This document shows, in pieces, positions 23,832 to 26,551 of a stretch of 26,551 nucleotides of DNA (the stretch's first letter is position 1; each line of letters opens with the position of its first letter). This stretch comes from a virus (lineage: Duplodnaviria; Caudoviricetes). The position numbers were made by a program, and so were the translations under genes. Location: positions 1 to 26,551 of the IMG/VR virus record IMGVR_UViG_3300027808_000141, one strand, 5' to 3'. Under the pieces are notes generated by a model. It saw nothing but the letters and a program-made list of their open reading frames with translations, was not told the origin of the DNA and searched no databases.

Positions 23832-26416
23832 GTTCGTCCCCTGCCAAGCGATAAGTTTTTGGCGCCATAGGCGTTTGCTGCCCAGACTGCTTTGCTGCTG
23901 CCCAGGATGCGATCTTCAAACGATTTGGTGTCAATCGCTTGGATATTGTAGTTGGTGATGTTGTTGGTTGAGCCGCCCATCATAGCCAGTGAATGGTTAG
24001 GAACAATTGTGCCAGCCGTCCTCGGAACAAACAATTCCGGGCCACGTTCGCCAACCATTGAGGGCACTCCAACTGGTGGATCGCCGCCATTAGCATAACC
24101 GCCTCCAGGTTGCATTGGAATTGTTGGCGATCCAGAAAATGCTGCAACGGCAATTTTTCCTAACATGGAAAACAAATTAGTTGCAGATGCCCGTAGTTGT
24201 ATTGCCAACATATCTTGAATGACTGATTTTGCAAAATCTCCAAAATTTAATTTGCCTGTGGTTACAAATTCGTCTAAGGCTTTAGTCATGCTGCCCATCA
24301 TTGAGTCAAATGCTTTGCCGCCAGCTTCAAAACTGGTTTCCATGTCTTTGCCAAACGTGTCCATGCGGAATAGAAAACCTTCCATCATGCCGCCTGATTT
24401 TTGATCTTTTAATATCTGCAAGCGTTCTTTGGCTAATGCAATTGTTATTGCTAGATTTCTATTTTCTAAGTCATAGGATATTTGTTTTGCGTCCTCAGTT
24501 AATTGAGTATTATTGTAAATACTTAATACTATTTCGTCGTGCTTGTATTTAATCTGTACCAATTCTTTTTCTAAGTCCACGTCTTCTTTTTTCATGTACC
24601 TAGATTTTTGATCTATCAAAAACAATTCTTGAGCCATTTCCAAATTAACCAATTGCGCTCTAGATTGTGCTGCAATATCGGTTATGACTTTTTGCCGTTC
24701 CCCTCTTCTAATTTCTTCTTTATTAAATATTTCGTTTATTTCATTTGTTTGATCTAAATTGCGTTGCGCTTGTTCTCCTCTTTCTTTATCAGCACGAGCT
24801 TTTTTTGCTGCATAATATTCCGCATCAATTTTGCCTAAATTTAAAGTCAACTCCAAAGCATTTTTGCCTACAAATTGATTTTCTTCTTGTATGTTTTTTT
24901 GTTTATTTGCTAAAATTGCTTGCGCTGTTTTGCCTTTATATTCTTGTTCTATTTTGAGTTCTTCGCTAAGAAATGCAAATTGTAATTTGCCCTCGTCATC
25001 TTTATATTTTATTATTGCAGAAAATTCATTTTCTAATCTGAGTTTGTCTAAGTCAAATTCTTTTTTAATTGTTTCTTGTTTGTATTTATATTTCAATGCC
25101 GCTATTTTTTCTAGATAATTTTTATCAATGCTTAACAATTTTTCTTTTAATATGTTGGCATTTATTGATTCAAATTTATTTTCTTCGGTAATGTTTTTTT
25201 GTTTTATTTCTAATCTTGCTTCTGCATACGCTTTGTTTTGATCTTGCTTTATTTGATTAGCTTCTGCTTCATAACTTTTAATAAGATTATTTGTAACGGC
25301 ATATTGATTTGCCAATCTTGCTTTTTCTAATTCAAAATTCTTTGCAAAAACTTCTTTTGGGGTTTTTACTTCACGTTGTACATCATCATCTGGCGTGACA
25401 ATCCGAGGATCTTGGAAACCCGCCCCCATGCGTTGTGCTTTTGTTTCATTGCCTAATAATTGCTGTTGAAATGCATCTAATTCTTCTCTAGCTTGTTTAC
25501 GTTTTTTGTTATATTCTTTTACGTCTTGAGCAAATTTGTCAAAGCCTTTTGATAATTTCCCTATCATTAAATATAAGGTTAAAGTTTCTAAACTTTTTAT
25601 TGCGTGTGCAATATCATCTGAAAAACCTTTAGTTATAAATGCCAAGTCTGACATTCCATGTGCAATTGTTTTAAAAACTGAACCAAAAACAACACCGAAA
25701 GCACTGGTTTCAGATGATGCTAATTTCATGTAATCGGCAACAGCTTTTAATTGCGGCCCAATTGAGGTAAGAATTAACAGGGCAATATCTCTGCCGATGC
25801 TCCTAAAAGTGTCAAATGCTTCTGCTGCATTTTTGATTGCCTGCTCTTGCTCAAGGGTTGCGCCAGTGCCTTCTCTCAAACCTCTAGCAAAGTCAACCAT
25901 GTCCACGCCTTTAGAAGATTTTCCAAATGCGTCAGCAGCCCGAGCGTTTCGGGTTAGTGGATCTTCCATGTCTGCTATTGCTTGAGTTGTTTTTTGCAAC
26001 AACTGCTGCGTAGACATACTGCCAATGTCTTGGAGTGATATGCCTAGATCGCTAAAAGTTTTTTGTCCTTCAAATGAGCCTTTTGCAGCCTTGTCTACAA
26101 AGTCCGTAAAGCTGGCAATCATTTTTCCAGCGTTTTCACCTTTGCCGCCAGAATTTTCCAAAGCATTGGTTAATTTGATAATTGAGTCAATTGCAATGTC
26201 ATTCGCTGCTGCTACATCTGCAATTTCATCAGCATACGCAACTGCTTTAAAAGTCGCAGCAACAAAGGCAGCAGCTAACACTGCCACAGCATTTTTAGCC
26301 ATGCCAATTGCTGCTGCGCCAAAGTTATCTAATTTTCTAGATGCGGCATCTATACCAGTAACAAATTCGGCGCTGTTTAAACCAAGGGCTACACCAAGTC
26401 GAGCAATGTTAGCCAT
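23828..26416 (-). CDS. Tail tape measure protein
   Basis: IARLGVALGLNSAEF start, long helical body, GKLNFGDFAKSVI, ANGG...VGERGPELFVP..G.IVPN C-terminus; GGAG RBS. Confidence 0.92.
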   Translation of the reverse strand: MANIARLGVALGLNSAEFVTGIDAASRKLDNFGAAAIGMAKNAVAVLAAAFVAATFKAVAYADEIADVAAANDIAIDSIIKLTNALENSGGKGENAGKMIASFTDFVDKAAKGSFEGQKTFSDLGISLQDIGSMSTQQLLQKTTQAIADMEDPLTRNARAADAFGKSSKGVDMVDFARGLREGTGATLEQEQAIKNAAEAFDTFRSIGRDIALLILTSIGPQLKAVADYMKLASSETSAFGVVFGSVFKTIAHGMSDLAFITKGFSDDIAHAIKSLETLTLYLMIGKLSKGFDKFAQDVKEYNKKRKQAREELDAFQQQLLGNETKAQRMGAGFQDPRIVTPDDDVQREVKTPKEVFAKNFELEKARLANQYAVTNNLIKSYEAEANQIKQDQNKAYAEARLEIKQKNITEENKFESINANILKEKLLSIDKNYLEKIAALKYKYKQETIKKEFDLDKLRLENEFSAIIKYKDDEGKLQFAFLSEELKIEQEYKGKTAQAILANKQKNIQEENQFVGKNALELTLNLGKIDAEYYAAKKARADKERGEQAQRNLDQTNEINEIFNKEEIRRGERQKVITDIAAQSRAQLVNLEMAQELFLIDQKSRYMKKEDVDLEKELVQIKYKHDEIVLSIYNNTQLTEDAKQISYDLENRNLAITIALAKERLQILKDQKSGGMMEGFLFRMDTFGKDMETSFEAGGKAFDSMMGSMTKALDEFVTTGKLNFGDFAKSVIQDMLAIQLRASATNLFSMLGKIAVAAFSGSPTIPMQPGGGYANGGDPPVGVPSMVGERGPELFVPRTAGTIVPNHSLAMMGGSTNNITNYNIQAIDTKSFEDRILGSSKAVWAANAYGAKNLSLGRGRT

Positions 26417-26551
26417 GATTAAATTTCTCCGAATTAAAACCCGGTGCTTGCACCATAAACGCTAACAGGCTGTCATTGGCCTGCGCTGCAAGCTGTTCTT
26501 GGCTGGCTGGAGGGTAAAGGTAGTCATGCACTGCGCCGAGCGTGCCTGCAA
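26409..26551 (-). CDS. 3' end of a probable tail assembly chaperone (truncated by window edge)
   Basis: Open frame ...HDYLYPPASQEQLAAQANDSLLAFMVQAPGFNSEKFNHG* overlapping the tape measure start. Confidence 0.6.
   Translation of the reverse strand, partial: AGTLGAVHDYLYPPASQEQLAAQANDSLLAFMVQAPGFNSEKFNHG

Noticed and set aside
13102-26465. Many plus-strand ORFs opposite the tail and fibre genes (e.g. 16865-17302, 17887-18360, 18675-19073, 26025-26465)
   Set aside because: Antisense shadows of Thr/Gly/Ala-biased coding sequence; no RBS, motifs or operon context.

Overview
This window is a 26.5-kb piece of a tailed dsDNA phage genome with a lambdoid-like layout and a probable siphovirus tail. 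A Gram-negative host is likely; a freshwater Betaproteobacterium is plausible but only inferred. A minus-strand late block runs from the right edge: tail chaperone end, tape measure, distal tail, hub, GNAT, tail tip, several Thr/Gly-rich fibre proteins and a lysis cassette with an M15 endolysin. It converges at ~11220 on a plus-strand early operon (7806-11209) of small proteins, a Rad52/Sak-like annealase, a YqaJ exonuclease and an SSB-like protein. A divergent control region (7630-7800) has no cI gene and drives a minus-strand operon: cro, YdaU/DUF1376 initiator with internal iterons, C5 cytosine methyltransferase, PD-(D/E)XK nuclease, RusA, NinB, an AT-rich three-gene cassette and a packaging-type HNH nuclease next to phased T-tracts. 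Four observations stand out. (1) The cassette encodes a ParB fusion, a histidine phosphatase-cytidylyltransferase fusion and a GREB1/TAGT-like glycosyltransferase, a candidate new DNA or virion modification pathway. (2) The C5 methyltransferase is split over two fully overlapping reading frames that both start in one GTGAATG heptamer. (3) A three-way-junction RNA leader can alternatively pair with the initiator RBS. (4) A clean 25-bp templated insertion rewrites the end of the exonuclease gene. All family calls come from motif recognition by eye; no searches were run.
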